From: an uncultured Pseudomonadota bacterium
GTDB taxonomy: Bacteria; Pseudomonadota; Alphaproteobacteria; Rs-D84; CACZYB01
Assembly: GCA_902785275.1 (NCBI GenBank)
Contig: CACZYB010000002.1
Location: 1 to 64,000, forward strand
Reading direction: 5' to 3'
DNA: 64,000 nt
The notes beneath the pieces were generated by a model. The model searched no databases. It saw nothing but the letters and a program-made list of their open reading frames with translations, and was not told where the DNA came from. Every line of letters starts with the position of its first letter. The stretch's first letter is position 1. Below, piece by piece: positions 30,863-41,239 of this stretch. A program made the translations under genes and the position numbers.

Positions 30863-32308
30863 ATGAAAGCACAAGATTTAAAAAACTCAATATTACAATT
30901 GGCAATTCAGGGGAAATTGGTTCCTCAAGATCCTAATGATGAATCTGCAGAAGTTTTATATGCTAAAATCCAAGCCGAAAAACAAAAGCTCATCAAAGAA
31001 GGTAAAATCAAAAAAGATAAACCTCTCCCACCAATCACCAATGATGAAGTACCTTTTTCAATCCCTCCCTCCTGGAAATGGGTAAGGCACAACGATCTCT
31101 TCGAAATTTCAGGGGGGAGTCAACCTCCAAAATCAAAATTTATACCAAAACCAAAGGAAGGATATATTCGCCTCTACCAAATTCGAGATTATGGAAATAA
31201 TCCACAACCAGTATATATTCCCCAAGATACGGCTACAAAAATTTCACAAAACGGAGATATATTACTAGCACGATACGGGGCATCAGTAGGAAAAATATTT
31301 TATGCTGAATATGGGGCTTATAATGTTGCCATGGCAAAAGTCATTGCTTTATTTGATGATGAATTAATATTTAAACCATTCTTATTTTTTTATTATCATT
31401 CTAGTCTCTATCAAAAATTGGTAAAGAGTAATTCCAGGAGTGCTCAAGCTGGTTTTAACAAAGAGGATCTAGAAAGCTTACTGTTACCCCTCCCACCATT
31501 GGCTGAACAAAAAAGAATTGTGGCGAAGATCGAGGAGTTGGAGCCGTTGGTTAAGCAATATGATAAAGCGGAAACTGAATTATCGGTTTTAAACGATAGT
31601 TTTCCTGAACAGTTGAAAAAATCAATTTTGCAATATGCTATTCAAGGTAAATTGGTTCCGCAAGATGCTAACGATGAGCCAGCAGAAGTTTTATATGCAA
31701 ATATTCAAGCAGAAAAGCAAAAGTTGGTTAAAGAAGGTAAAATTAAGAAGGATAAACCTTTACCACCAATCACCGACGACGAAATACCATTTGAAATTCC
31801 ATCAACTTGGAAATGGGTGCGATTGGGGGATTGTTTTGATGTTAGAGATGGCACACACGATACTCCTAAATATGTTAGTAATGGCGTTCCTTTGGTAACA
31901 AGCAAAAATTTATGTAATGGTATATTGGATTTATCTAATGTTAAATTTATAAGTTTGGAAGATGCTAAAAAAATAGATGAACGTTCAAAAGTAGATAGAA
32001 ATGATATTTTATTTGCAATGATTGGCACAATAGGTAATCCAGTAATAGTTAACGTTGAACCTAATTTTTGTATAAAGAATATGGCCTTAATTAAGTATAA
32101 TAAATTTATGGATACTAATTATATACTATATTTGTTAATCAAAGCACAAGATGATATGAAAAAAGAGGCACAAGGAGCTGTGCAATCTTTTGTCTCTCTT
32201 TCATTTATTCGAAATTTTCCGATACCACTTCCTCCACTAGCTGAACAACATCGTATCGTCGCTAAAATTGAAGAATTAATGCAATATTGTGACAAATTGA
32301 AAATATAA
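30863..32308 (+). CDS. hsdS: Type I specificity subunit, two TRDs
   Basis: Repeated LKxSILQxAIQGKLVPQD...IPxxWKWVR and PLPPLAEQxRIVAKIEEL. Confidence 0.94.
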   Translation: MKAQDLKNSILQLAIQGKLVPQDPNDESAEVLYAKIQAEKQKLIKEGKIKKDKPLPPITNDEVPFSIPPSWKWVRHNDLFEISGGSQPPKSKFIPKPKEGYIRLYQIRDYGNNPQPVYIPQDTATKISQNGDILLARYGASVGKIFYAEYGAYNVAMAKVIALFDDELIFKPFLFFYYHSSLYQKLVKSNSRSAQAGFNKEDLESLLLPLPPLAEQKRIVAKIEELEPLVKQYDKAETELSVLNDSFPEQLKKSILQYAIQGKLVPQDANDEPAEVLYANIQAEKQKLVKEGKIKKDKPLPPITDDEIPFEIPSTWKWVRLGDCFDVRDGTHDTPKYVSNGVPLVTSKNLCNGILDLSNVKFISLEDAKKIDERSKVDRNDILFAMIGTIGNPVIVNVEPNFCIKNMALIKYNKFMDTNYILYLLIKAQDDMKKEAQGAVQSFVSLSFIRNFPIPLPPLAEQHRIVAKIEELMQYCDKLKI

Positions 32309-32842
32309 TATAGGTGATTCGCTTATTTTTTCTTTTGTAAGTCGTTGAAAATAGGAAAAAATTCTGCTGATAAGGTATACTATATTTTTTTTCGATAAGA
32401 TTTGAGCGACTCCCCTGAAAATCTTGGATATAAGGAAATGATACTTATTCCAAAAGCTGTAATAAATGGAAAAAATCACAAAATTGCTTAAAAAAATAGT
32501 TTCTTAAAATGGCTGATTTCTCAGATTTATCTATATATCATCAAAGTATTATATCACAAAAAAATATTAAATTATAGATTTTTCTATACTTTTCCTTAGT
32601 CAAGCATTTTATTTTCAAAAAAACACAAAATATAGTTTGCATTCATTTCAAAAACACTATATATTGAATCATAGAAAAAGGCTCGAAAGCGGGAACTTTC
32701 AAGCCTTCAAATATGGAAAAGAATTTATCATCTTTTCACTTAGTATGTATAGAATGATAACTTCTTTTCTTTGGCATGTCAAGTGCAACTTGTAATATTA
32801 ATCTTCTAGTGTAAAAGCTAGATAAACGAAAAGGAGTTTGTA

Positions 32843-33073
32843 ATGATACAACAGTATTTAAATCGAAACGGAAATTCTTCAGTTAAATCTTATGAAATAG
32901 GTCCAGATTTTATAAAAATTTGGTTTAATAATATGTCTTGGTATTTATACAATTATGTGAGACCAGGAAAATTTCATGTGGAGCAAATGAAAGAACTTGC
33001 TAACCAAGGATATGGATTATGTTCATACATAGGAAGAATTGTGAAGAAAAATTATTTTAGGAAAGGAGTTTAG
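32843..33073 (+). CDS. Small conserved-looking hypothetical protein (KTSC-like)
   Basis: [22 protein letters not shown]...YLY...MKELA.QG.GLCSYI pattern; strong RBS. Confidence 0.6.
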   Translation: MIQQYLNRNGNSSVKSYEIGPDFIKIWFNNMSWYLYNYVRPGKFHVEQMKELANQGYGLCSYIGRIVKKNYFRKGV

Positions 33074-33075
33074 AA

Positions 33076-34338
33076 ATGTCGGAAATAAGATGTCCTAATT
33101 GCGCTAAAGTGTTTACTATTGATGAAAGTGAATATCAAAAAATAGCAAGTCAAATCAGAAATGAAGAATTTGAAAAATCTTTACATGATAGACTTTGTGA
33201 AGCTGATAAGGCTAAACAGCAAGAAATTAATTTAATTAAGGTTCAGACTGAACAAAAGATTGCTCAATTAGAAGCAGAACTTAAAAATCAAAGGGAAAAT
33301 TCTCAAAAAGATTTGGAACTTCAAAAAACTAAGTTAGAGCAATCCAATTCAACAGATGTAAACAATCTAAAAAAACAAGTTGAAGCATTAAAATCTCAGC
33401 TTGAAGGTAAAGAGAAAGATACAATTATTGCTGTAAGTAATGCTGTTAAGAGTAAAGATGAAGAAATAAGTAATCTTAAACTAACAATTACACAAAATGA
33501 AAAATCTTTTTCTGATAAAGAAAACAGTTTAAAGGACAGCTATGAATTTAAATTGAAAGAGAAAGATGCTCAGATAGAGTTTTATAAAGATTTGAAAGCA
33601 AAAATGTCTACTAAAATGGTTGGAGAAACTCTTGAACAACATTGTGATATTGAATTTAACAAAATAAGAGCAACAGCTTTCCCTAATGCTTACTTTGAAA
33701 AAGATAATGATGCAAGAACAGGTAGTAAAGGCGATTTTATTTTCAAAGATTACATTGATGGTTTGGAGTATATTTCCATAATGTTTGAAATGAAAAATGA
33801 AATGGATACAACAGCTTCAAAACATAGAAATGAAGACTTTTTCAAGGAATTGGATAAGGATAGACAAGAAAAAGGATGCGAATATGCCGTTCTTGTTTCT
33901 TTACTTGAAAGTGATAGTGAATTGTATAATCAAGGGATTGTTGATGTTTCCCATAAGTATCCAAAGATGTATGTTATCCGCCCACAATTCTTTATTCCAA
34001 TGATTACGTTGTTAAGAAATGCTGCATTAAATTCTGTAGAATACAAAAAACAAATAGTTGAGTATAAAAACCAAAATTTAGATATTACTCATTTCGAAGA
34101 AAACATGAATGCCTTTAAGGATGCATTTTCAAGAAACTATGAACTTGCACAACGTCAATTTGGAACAGCTATTGAGGAAATAGATAAATCCATAGATCAT
34201 TTGCAAAAGATTAAAGATAACTTGTTAAAATCAGGAAATAATCTTCGTTTAGCAAATGATAAAGCTCAAGATTTATCTGTTAAGAAATTAACAAAAGATA
34301 ATCCAACAATGGCAAAGAAATTTGAAGAATTGAAATAG
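33076..34338 (+). CDS. DUF2130 family protein
   Basis: IRCPNC N-terminus, coiled coil, [27 protein letters not shown]. Confidence 0.88.
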   Translation: MSEIRCPNCAKVFTIDESEYQKIASQIRNEEFEKSLHDRLCEADKAKQQEINLIKVQTEQKIAQLEAELKNQRENSQKDLELQKTKLEQSNSTDVNNLKKQVEALKSQLEGKEKDTIIAVSNAVKSKDEEISNLKLTITQNEKSFSDKENSLKDSYEFKLKEKDAQIEFYKDLKAKMSTKMVGETLEQHCDIEFNKIRATAFPNAYFEKDNDARTGSKGDFIFKDYIDGLEYISIMFEMKNEMDTTASKHRNEDFFKELDKDRQEKGCEYAVLVSLLESDSELYNQGIVDVSHKYPKMYVIRPQFFIPMITLLRNAALNSVEYKKQIVEYKNQNLDITHFEENMNAFKDAFSRNYELAQRQFGTAIEEIDKSIDHLQKIKDNLLKSGNNLRLANDKAQDLSVKKLTKDNPTMAKKFEELK

Positions 34339-34347
34339 GAGAATGAA

Positions 34348-34760
34348 TTGTCTGAGAATTTAATTATTGCTTTTATTGGTGCAGGAGGGGTTATTTTAGG
34401 ATCGATTATTACATTACTTGGTGGAATGTGGCAATCATATTTACAAGCTAAAAGAGAGTATAATATGCATTTAAGAGTAAAAAGAGAAGATGTTTACAAA
34501 AAAGCATGTGATTCTTTGATGATACAGGATAAATGTATAAGAAAAAATTTAAATTCAACAAAATGGTACAAAGTTTTCAATGAGTTACAAGCAGATATTA
34601 TGTTATATGCATCAAAAAGTATCCGTAAAGAATACTATATATACAAAAGTTACATACTTATGCTTCTCAAAAAAATAAGAATTTAATACAGATTAGAATT
34701 GCAGATAAAATAATGTCTTTAAATGATAAAATGAGAAAAGAATTAAATATAAAAGATTGA
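34348..34760 (+). pseudogene. Small TM protein frameshifted at (TA)4
   Basis: ORF stops at 34686; removing one TA at 34636-34643 extends it to ...KMRKELNIKD-TGA 34760, close to the next gene. Confidence 0.5.
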
Positions 34761-34768
34761 GGCTGATT

Positions 34769-36937
34769 GTGAAAAAATTAAAAATAAAATTAGAAAATTG
34801 TCATGGAATAAAGAAACTTGAAGATGAATTAGATTTTTCAGAAAGTAATGCAATTGCAATATATGCACAAAATGGTACAATGAAAACTTCTTTTGCAAAA
34901 ACATTTCAAGATGTTATGTTTAGTAATGATACAAAAGATGATATTTATCCAGAAAAAGCTTCTGCTAGGAGTATAAAAGATGAAACTGATACAGAATTAT
35001 CTCCTGACAGAATTTTTGTAATTGAATCTTATAATAAGGATTTTAAATCGGAAAAAATTTCGACTTTACTTGTCGATGAAAATTTAAAAAGGCAATATGA
35101 AGAAATTTATGAAAATATAAATAATAAAAAGAATGATTTATTAAAAGAAATAGCAAAACTATCTGGAATAAAATCAAAAGATGTAGAAAAACTTATAAAC
35201 AAAGATTTTAATGATAATTTTTTTGAAATTATAGTTGAAATGAAAGATAATATAAAGAATTATTCTTCAAATGGAAAAAATTTTGAAAATATTATTTATA
35301 GTAAATTATTTAATGAAAAAACCACTGATTTATTATTAGATAGTAAATTACTAAAAAAAATATCAAAATATATAGATACATATAACGAATTGTTAGAAGA
35401 ATCTAATTTTTTCAAAAAAGGAGTCTTTTCTCATAATAATGCATCAGAAGTAGCAAAAAGATTAAATGATAATGGATGGTTTAAAGCTAATCATTCTGTA
35501 AATATTTGTATTGATGGTAAAGATAAAAAATTAACAAATATGGAGGAACTCGAAAATACAATAAATGAAGAAAAGAATAAAATTTTAACTAATCCAAATT
35601 TAATAAAAGATTTTGAAGAAATTGATAAAATATTAAAGAAAAACAGTTCATTAGTAGAATTTAGAGAACATATAATAGCAAACAAGGAAATTATTGTTCC
35701 TGAACTAGTTGATTGTGATAAATTTAAAAAAGAACTTTGGATTTATTACTTTGCTCAGAATAGTGTAAAATATTTCGAATTGATTGAATTATTTACTCAA
35801 AGTAAAAATCAAATTATTGAAATAAAGAAAAAAGCAGAAGAACAACAAACTCAGTGGCAAGAGGTAGTTGATGAATTTAATGATAGGTATTATGTTCCAT
35901 TTGAAGTAGAGATAACAAATAAGTCAGATGCTATATTATCAATGGATGTTCCTAGTATTAAATTTAAGTTTAAAGATAACTTAAATTCTAGAAATGTAGA
36001 TGAAGATTTACTATTTAAAGTTTTAAGTCAAGGAGAAAAACGCGCTTTATATATTTTAAATATACTTTTTGAGGTTGAAGCTAGAAAAAAAAGTAATCAA
36101 GAAACTTTATTCATTATAGATGATATAGCAGATTCTTTTGATTATAAAAATAAATATGCGATTATTGAGTATCTTAAAGATATGACAAAAGTAGATTATT
36201 TCTATTTAATTATTCTATCGCATAATTTCGATTTTTATAGAAATGTTTCTTCAAGATTATCTATTCCTAAACATTCAAAAAATAAACATTTAATTCATGC
36301 AATAAAAAGTACAGATAATATATCTTTGAAAGAAGAAAAATATCAAAATAATCCATTTAAATTTTGGAAAAAATTTACTACTCCATATCATGAAATAGCT
36401 TGTATTCCATTTGTTAGAAATTTAGCTGAATTTATAGGTGATGATGAACTTTCTCTAAGTTTAACAAGTTTATTGCATCAAAAACCAGAAACAAAAAATA
36501 TAAGGATGTCAAATCTTCTTGATTTATATAAAAAGATTCTTAAAGACATTAGTGGCGGTAGTTTTTCTCCAAGAATATTGGTTGAAAAGCAAATTTATCA
36601 ATTAGCAGATAGTATTTGTCGTAATAATATAAAAATAGAATTAGAACATAAAGTTGTATTATCAATGGCGATTAGATTAAAAGCTGAAAAATTCATGATT
36701 AAAGAAATAAATGATGATGAATTTGTAAAAAGCATAAAGAAAGATCAAACTTACAAATTATTTAAAAAATACAAAGATAAATTTTCATCAGAAAAGGCAA
36801 CTTGGAAAATTTTAGATAAAGTTAATTTAATGACACCAGAAAATATACATATAAATTCGTTTATGTATGAACCAATATTAGATATGTCAATTGAACATTT
36901 AAAAGATTTATATAAATCTGTATCTGATTTAATTTAA
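34769..36937 (+). CDS. Large ABC/SMC-type ATPase (RloC/PrrC-like architecture)
   Basis: Walker A YAQNGTMKTS, long coiled coil, LSQGEKR, IIDDIADSFD, SHNFDF. Confidence 0.75.
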   Translation: MKKLKIKLENCHGIKKLEDELDFSESNAIAIYAQNGTMKTSFAKTFQDVMFSNDTKDDIYPEKASARSIKDETDTELSPDRIFVIESYNKDFKSEKISTLLVDENLKRQYEEIYENINNKKNDLLKEIAKLSGIKSKDVEKLINKDFNDNFFEIIVEMKDNIKNYSSNGKNFENIIYSKLFNEKTTDLLLDSKLLKKISKYIDTYNELLEESNFFKKGVFSHNNASEVAKRLNDNGWFKANHSVNICIDGKDKKLTNMEELENTINEEKNKILTNPNLIKDFEEIDKILKKNSSLVEFREHIIANKEIIVPELVDCDKFKKELWIYYFAQNSVKYFELIELFTQSKNQIIEIKKKAEEQQTQWQEVVDEFNDRYYVPFEVEITNKSDAILSMDVPSIKFKFKDNLNSRNVDEDLLFKVLSQGEKRALYILNILFEVEARKKSNQETLFIIDDIADSFDYKNKYAIIEYLKDMTKVDYFYLIILSHNFDFYRNVSSRLSIPKHSKNKHLIHAIKSTDNISLKEEKYQNNPFKFWKKFTTPYHEIACIPFVRNLAEFIGDDELSLSLTSLLHQKPETKNIRMSNLLDLYKKILKDISGGSFSPRILVEKQIYQLADSICRNNIKIELEHKVVLSMAIRLKAEKFMIKEINDDEFVKSIKKDQTYKLFKKYKDKFSSEKATWKILDKVNLMTPENIHINSFMYEPILDMSIEHLKDLYKSVSDLI

Positions 36938-37185
36938 CTTTCCCGTTGGGTTATTAAGTTACCATTCCTGGATAGAAAACGTTTACTTGAAATATTTGTT
37001 AATACTTAGAGATAACAAATAATTGAAATCTCCAAAAATTAAGCAAAATTGAATGTTTTTATGTAAAAAGTTGCAAAAATGGCTGTTTTTAGCCAATTTT
37101 GTTGTATTTTTATGCGTTTTTTTGTGTGCTTTTGAGGGAAAACCTGGGATAATAGCTATGTAAAACAAAAATGAAAGGTATAAAA

Positions 37186-37440
37186 ATGTTAAAGAAATTT
37201 GAAAATTGGTTGCTACAAAATAATTATAAACCCAACACTGCAAAGGATTACAAATACAGAATACAACGCATTTGTAAGAAGGAAAATATTAGTTTGGATA
37301 TGCTTGTAGAAAATATAAATAATTTGTTGCCAGAATATGAAATAACTGGAACTAAATCTGAATATGGAAGAATGAGCCATGAAAGTGTTAAACAAGCATT
37401 GCGTAGATTTAATAAATTTTTAATGCAGGAAGTTAGATAA
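37186..37440 (+). CDS. Small helical protein (integrase SAM-like N-terminus)
   Basis: FENWLLQNNYKPNTAKDY...ALRRFNKFL. Confidence 0.6.
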   Translation: MLKKFENWLLQNNYKPNTAKDYKYRIQRICKKENISLDMLVENINNLLPEYEITGTKSEYGRMSHESVKQALRRFNKFLMQEVR

Positions 37441-37754
37441 TGGATATTAGGATATTAAACGACAAGTTTAGAAAAACGCTTTTGGGTGGTAAAGTAATGC
37501 TAACTAGAGGTATTTATAGTAAGGGACAAGCTTATATAAATGAGATATTGGATAGTGTTAAAACTTTCAATAATTTTAATGAAAATAACGACCCATATAA
37601 TGAGCATGACTACGGAAGCTTTGTATATAATGGTCAGAAAATTATGTGGAAGATTGATTATTATGATAAGAATTTACAATACTATTCCGAAAACCCTGCT
37701 GATATAACAAAGACCATTAGAGTAATGACTGTTATGTTAGCAGAAGAATACTAA
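37440..37754 (+). CDS. DUF3768 family protein
   Basis: LNDKFR, NDPYNEHDYG, WKIDYYD, RVMTVMLAEEY. Confidence 0.85.
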   Translation: MDIRILNDKFRKTLLGGKVMLTRGIYSKGQAYINEILDSVKTFNNFNENNDPYNEHDYGSFVYNGQKIMWKIDYYDKNLQYYSENPADITKTIRVMTVMLAEEY

Positions 37755-37818
37755 ATATTGAAATTTTAGGATTTGTTTACTATATATATTTTATAAGTTA
37801 ACAAGGAAGGAGTTTGTA

Positions 37819-38568
37819 ATGCACGAACAATTAAAGGAAGAAATTAAAAAATTACAAAACGAATGGCTTCAATTAATAAAAGATTATATTGGTCAGTTTA
37901 ATGATGATGGTACGATGAGAAAGATTATTAATTGCAATATAATTATAAAATATAATTCATTATATACTTCATCTCAAAAAATATTAAGACAAATTCTTCC
38001 TGAAAGATTAAATGATTTTGAAATTTTATATAAAAATAAAAATAGAAAAGATGTTATTCTCTATTCAAATTTCGATATATTTCTGGGGTTGCAATGTGAA
38101 TTTAGTCATCTAGATGCAAATCGTTGTATTATTAAAACACAAAACTTAATGGTTGAACAATATGCTATATTATCCAGTGTTTTAGATATTATTGATAATA
38201 AAATTTTTAATATTAAAGGAGAAATTGAATATAATACATTTATGAATGAATTAGAGGCAGCGTCTCACTTATTAAAGAATAATTTTGTACGTGCTGCTGG
38301 AGCATTAGCTGGTGTTTCATTAGAAAATCATTTAAAAATAGTTTGTCAAAATCATCCTGAGATTACTGTTAATCAAAAAGATACTTTGTCAGTATATAAT
38401 GAAAAATTAAAAAAGGCTGAAATTATAGAAGAAAGTATATGGAGAAAGATTCAATATTTATCAGATATAAGAAATAAATGTGACCATTCAAAAAAAACAG
38501 AACCTCAAAAAGATGAAGTTCAAGAACTTATTGATGGAACAAAAAAAATTATTTCTACAGTTAATTAA
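37819..38568 (+). CDS. Protein with C-terminal HEPN-like (DUF4145-like) domain
   Basis: RAAGALAGVSLENHL, IRNKCDH (RxxxxH), PQKDEVQELI. Confidence 0.7.
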   Translation: MHEQLKEEIKKLQNEWLQLIKDYIGQFNDDGTMRKIINCNIIIKYNSLYTSSQKILRQILPERLNDFEILYKNKNRKDVILYSNFDIFLGLQCEFSHLDANRCIIKTQNLMVEQYAILSSVLDIIDNKIFNIKGEIEYNTFMNELEAASHLLKNNFVRAAGALAGVSLENHLKIVCQNHPEITVNQKDTLSVYNEKLKKAEIIEESIWRKIQYLSDIRNKCDHSKKTEPQKDEVQELIDGTKKIISTVN

Positions 38569-38590
38569 ATACTTCTCAAACTCACATAAA

Positions 38591-38623
38591 CAAGCCAGAA
38601 TTGAGTAGTTTCAGTTCTGGCTT
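38591..38623. terminator. Hairpin between convergent genes
   Basis: AAGCCAGAATTGA-GTAGTT-TCAGTTCTGGCTT. Confidence 0.6.
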
Positions 38624-38644
38624 ATAAGTTATTAAAAGATATTA

Positions 38645-40735
38645 TTAAAATGGAAAAGGGTTAAATATATTATCTAAAGCTTCTATTTTATCTTTTGAAA
38701 TTGTAGGCGATTTATTGCATACAATTTGATCATATCTTTTTTCTAACATATTTTTTAGAGTTTTTGTAAACCCAAATTTTGTGTAAAATATAGTCTTAAT
38801 ATTATCTAAATATAATTTTCTACATGAATTTTCAAAATAAGTGTCTTCTTTTATGAGTTTTTTAATATCAACATTATCAACTCCATTTTTATCAAATATT
38901 AACTTATCAATATATGTCATCAAATCAAAATAAACTTTTACTGAATTTCCATATAATTCTATTTCAGATGAGGAAATAACTTTTTTTTCATTACTATTCA
39001 AAATAATTTCTTTGGTATTTACTTCTTCTGAGATTGATGAAGATATATTACTATTTTCTTTTTTTGATGCATCTTTATTAAAGAAATTATCATATTTTTC
39101 CTTCAAATAAGTTTCATCTTCAATAGAAAATGTAGATATTTTATTTTTGAAAATACTTAGCATTATATCAAAAGGCACAATATCAAATACTTGCGTGTTT
39201 TCTAAAGATTTATCTACGATATATTTAATTGTAAAGTCTTTACATAAATATTCTTTATATTTCACTATATTATTTGCAGTATATTCATATAGTTTAAATG
39301 CATTTTGAAGGTTATCGATCTTACCAGCAATTTTTAGATTAATCAAATTTTCGTTTATTTTATTTATTATAATCTGTTTTTCATCTAAAACTTCATTTTC
39401 TGTTTCACCAGAATATTCTTGATAATATTCCTCAAATAAACTATACAAATCAATTTTTAATATTTTTTCGATATCTTCATCTTTTGTATTTATTTTGGAA
39501 AATTCAGTAGATATTTTTAAATAATTTTCTAAATCGATTAAATAAAATTTAGTTGAGCATCTAGAATATGAATAATCTTCGATTAATCCTTGTTTTTCCC
39601 AGTCGTTAAGTACTTCTCTAATTGCTTCTTTTCTTTCTGTTGGAATTATTTGCTTATTGAAACTACTTTTTATGCAATCATAAATATTAGATGCAGAAAA
39701 TGTCTTTTTCTCTTTCCATTCATCTGAAGTTATACCAAAACCAGGTGATACATAAAAAATTCTACTTAAATATGTTAAAATACCTTCAATAGCAAGAGGA
39801 TTTGTCCTACTTTCATTTATTATAGAAACCTTTTTATAGATATCATAATAATGTTCAAAAGATGGTAATGCATTCATAATATTTGAAATAATATCTTTTA
39901 GACTATTTTCTCCCAAAGGTCTGCCATTAAGTCTTTTACCAAATTTTACAACGGAAACTCTTCTTTGTTTAAGATTGATTTGGTCATTCGATGTAAAGAT
40001 ATTATTTGTATTTACGTGATATATATAATGTTTCTTATTTTTAGGGTTTATTTCAACATCACCACCATTTATTATTGTTAAAAGTAGTTCTCTATCAATA
40101 TCTGTCGGTTTTACTTCATCAAAGTAGTTTAGATGACTTTTCCAAACTTCTTCTTCATGAGTAGATTCTAAAACTTTTCCAGTTGTTGCTCTATAAACAT
40201 TTCCATAATTACTTTCTAGATCAACAATAGCTTTTGCAGTTGCAGATTTACCGTTTCGTGCAACACCATTAAAGAAAACGCAAGTTTTATCATTTTCAGA
40301 CATTTCATGATTTCTTGTATATTTGAGTTGCATTAGAAAACAAACTAAAGCAAGATAGCTATTTCCATCAACAATATTTAATTTAAAAAGGTTTTCAATT
40401 AATGCTAATAAATTTGGAACAGAATTAGCTTCACTTGTTTTGATATTATCATTTATTTTATTTTCATTTAATTCTTTTTTGAAAATTTGAGCTTTTTCAT
40501 TTATTCTGTATATAGTCTTTTCTTGACATTCAAGATTTCTTGCAACTTTTCCAGTTATATCAATTTTTTCTTTTAACCCTGTATTGTCATTATATTCTTC
40601 AATCCAAATAGGATTATCTTTAAATGCATTCATAAGAGTGTTATAAGCATTTCCGAAAGATAGTTCAATATTATTGTTTGCACAATAAATTGCAAGAGTT
40701 TGTTCAATTTCGTGGGTTATTATTATTTTAGACAT
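38645..40735 (-). CDS. SF3 (D5/primase-helicase-like) replication helicase
   Basis: Motif A GVARNGKS, B YFDEV, B' INPKNKK, C IFTSN, Arg finger QRRV; likely start ATG 40735 after AAGGA. Confidence 0.7.
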   Translation of the reverse strand: MSKIIITHEIEQTLAIYCANNNIELSFGNAYNTLMNAFKDNPIWIEEYNDNTGLKEKIDITGKVARNLECQEKTIYRINEKAQIFKKELNENKINDNIKTSEANSVPNLLALIENLFKLNIVDGNSYLALVCFLMQLKYTRNHEMSENDKTCVFFNGVARNGKSATAKAIVDLESNYGNVYRATTGKVLESTHEEEVWKSHLNYFDEVKPTDIDRELLLTIINGGDVEINPKNKKHYIYHVNTNNIFTSNDQINLKQRRVSVVKFGKRLNGRPLGENSLKDIISNIMNALPSFEHYYDIYKKVSIINESRTNPLAIEGILTYLSRIFYVSPGFGITSDEWKEKKTFSASNIYDCIKSSFNKQIIPTERKEAIREVLNDWEKQGLIEDYSYSRCSTKFYLIDLENYLKISTEFSKINTKDEDIEKILKIDLYSLFEEYYQEYSGETENEVLDEKQIIINKINENLINLKIAGKIDNLQNAFKLYEYTANNIVKYKEYLCKDFTIKYIVDKSLENTQVFDIVPFDIMLSIFKNKISTFSIEDETYLKEKYDNFFNKDASKKENSNISSSISEEVNTKEIILNSNEKKVISSSEIELYGNSVKVYFDLMTYIDKLIFDKNGVDNVDIKKLIKEDTYFENSCRKLYLDNIKTIFYTKFGFTKTLKNMLEKRYDQIVCNKSPTISKDKIEALDNIFNPFPF

Positions 40736-41113
40736 ACTAAGTCGTCCTTTCTTGTTTGTATAAGGTAAGTCCCTGAAAATCTCAGATGCCATTTAGAAAA
40801 AGCAAATTTTCAGGGACCTATGTTGAACTTTGAATTTTGACTTAGGTGTGTTGTGCTTTCTAAATAATTTCTGACTTGAATATGTTTCTTACCTTTTTCA
40901 ACATAGAAAACATATTCACTTAGGATTTACCTAGATTAATATTTGAGGGTTTTTATTCCCCCGTTACTTATTAGAACTATTATTTTTTGATTATTTTTTA
41001 GATTTTTGATTTTTTATTTAAAAAAAAATTTATATTAGGGTATTTTGAGAGTTTTATACACTAATATACTTTAATAATTAAAATATTTTAATTTATATAA
41101 TAATTATTTTTTA

Positions 41114-41239
41114 ATTTTATAAATATATTTTTTATAATGTATTTTAATAAATTTTATAAATAAATATATTTTATTTTTTATTTTATAAATATATTTTTTA
41201 TAGATAATTTTAATAAATTTTATAAATAAATATATTTTA
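41114..41239. repeat. AT-rich ~60-bp direct repeat, period 66 (putative origin)
   Basis: 41114-41173 and 41180-41239 differ only in a short central patch (ATGT vs GATA). Confidence 0.7.

Noticed and set aside
30863-32308. Long internal DNA repeat in hsdS as a possible shufflon
   Set aside because: Normal conserved regions flanking two TRDs; no inverted silent hsdS copy or invertase nearby
41114-41239. Possible CRISPR array
   Set aside because: Only two AT-rich units, no unique spacers, no cas genes
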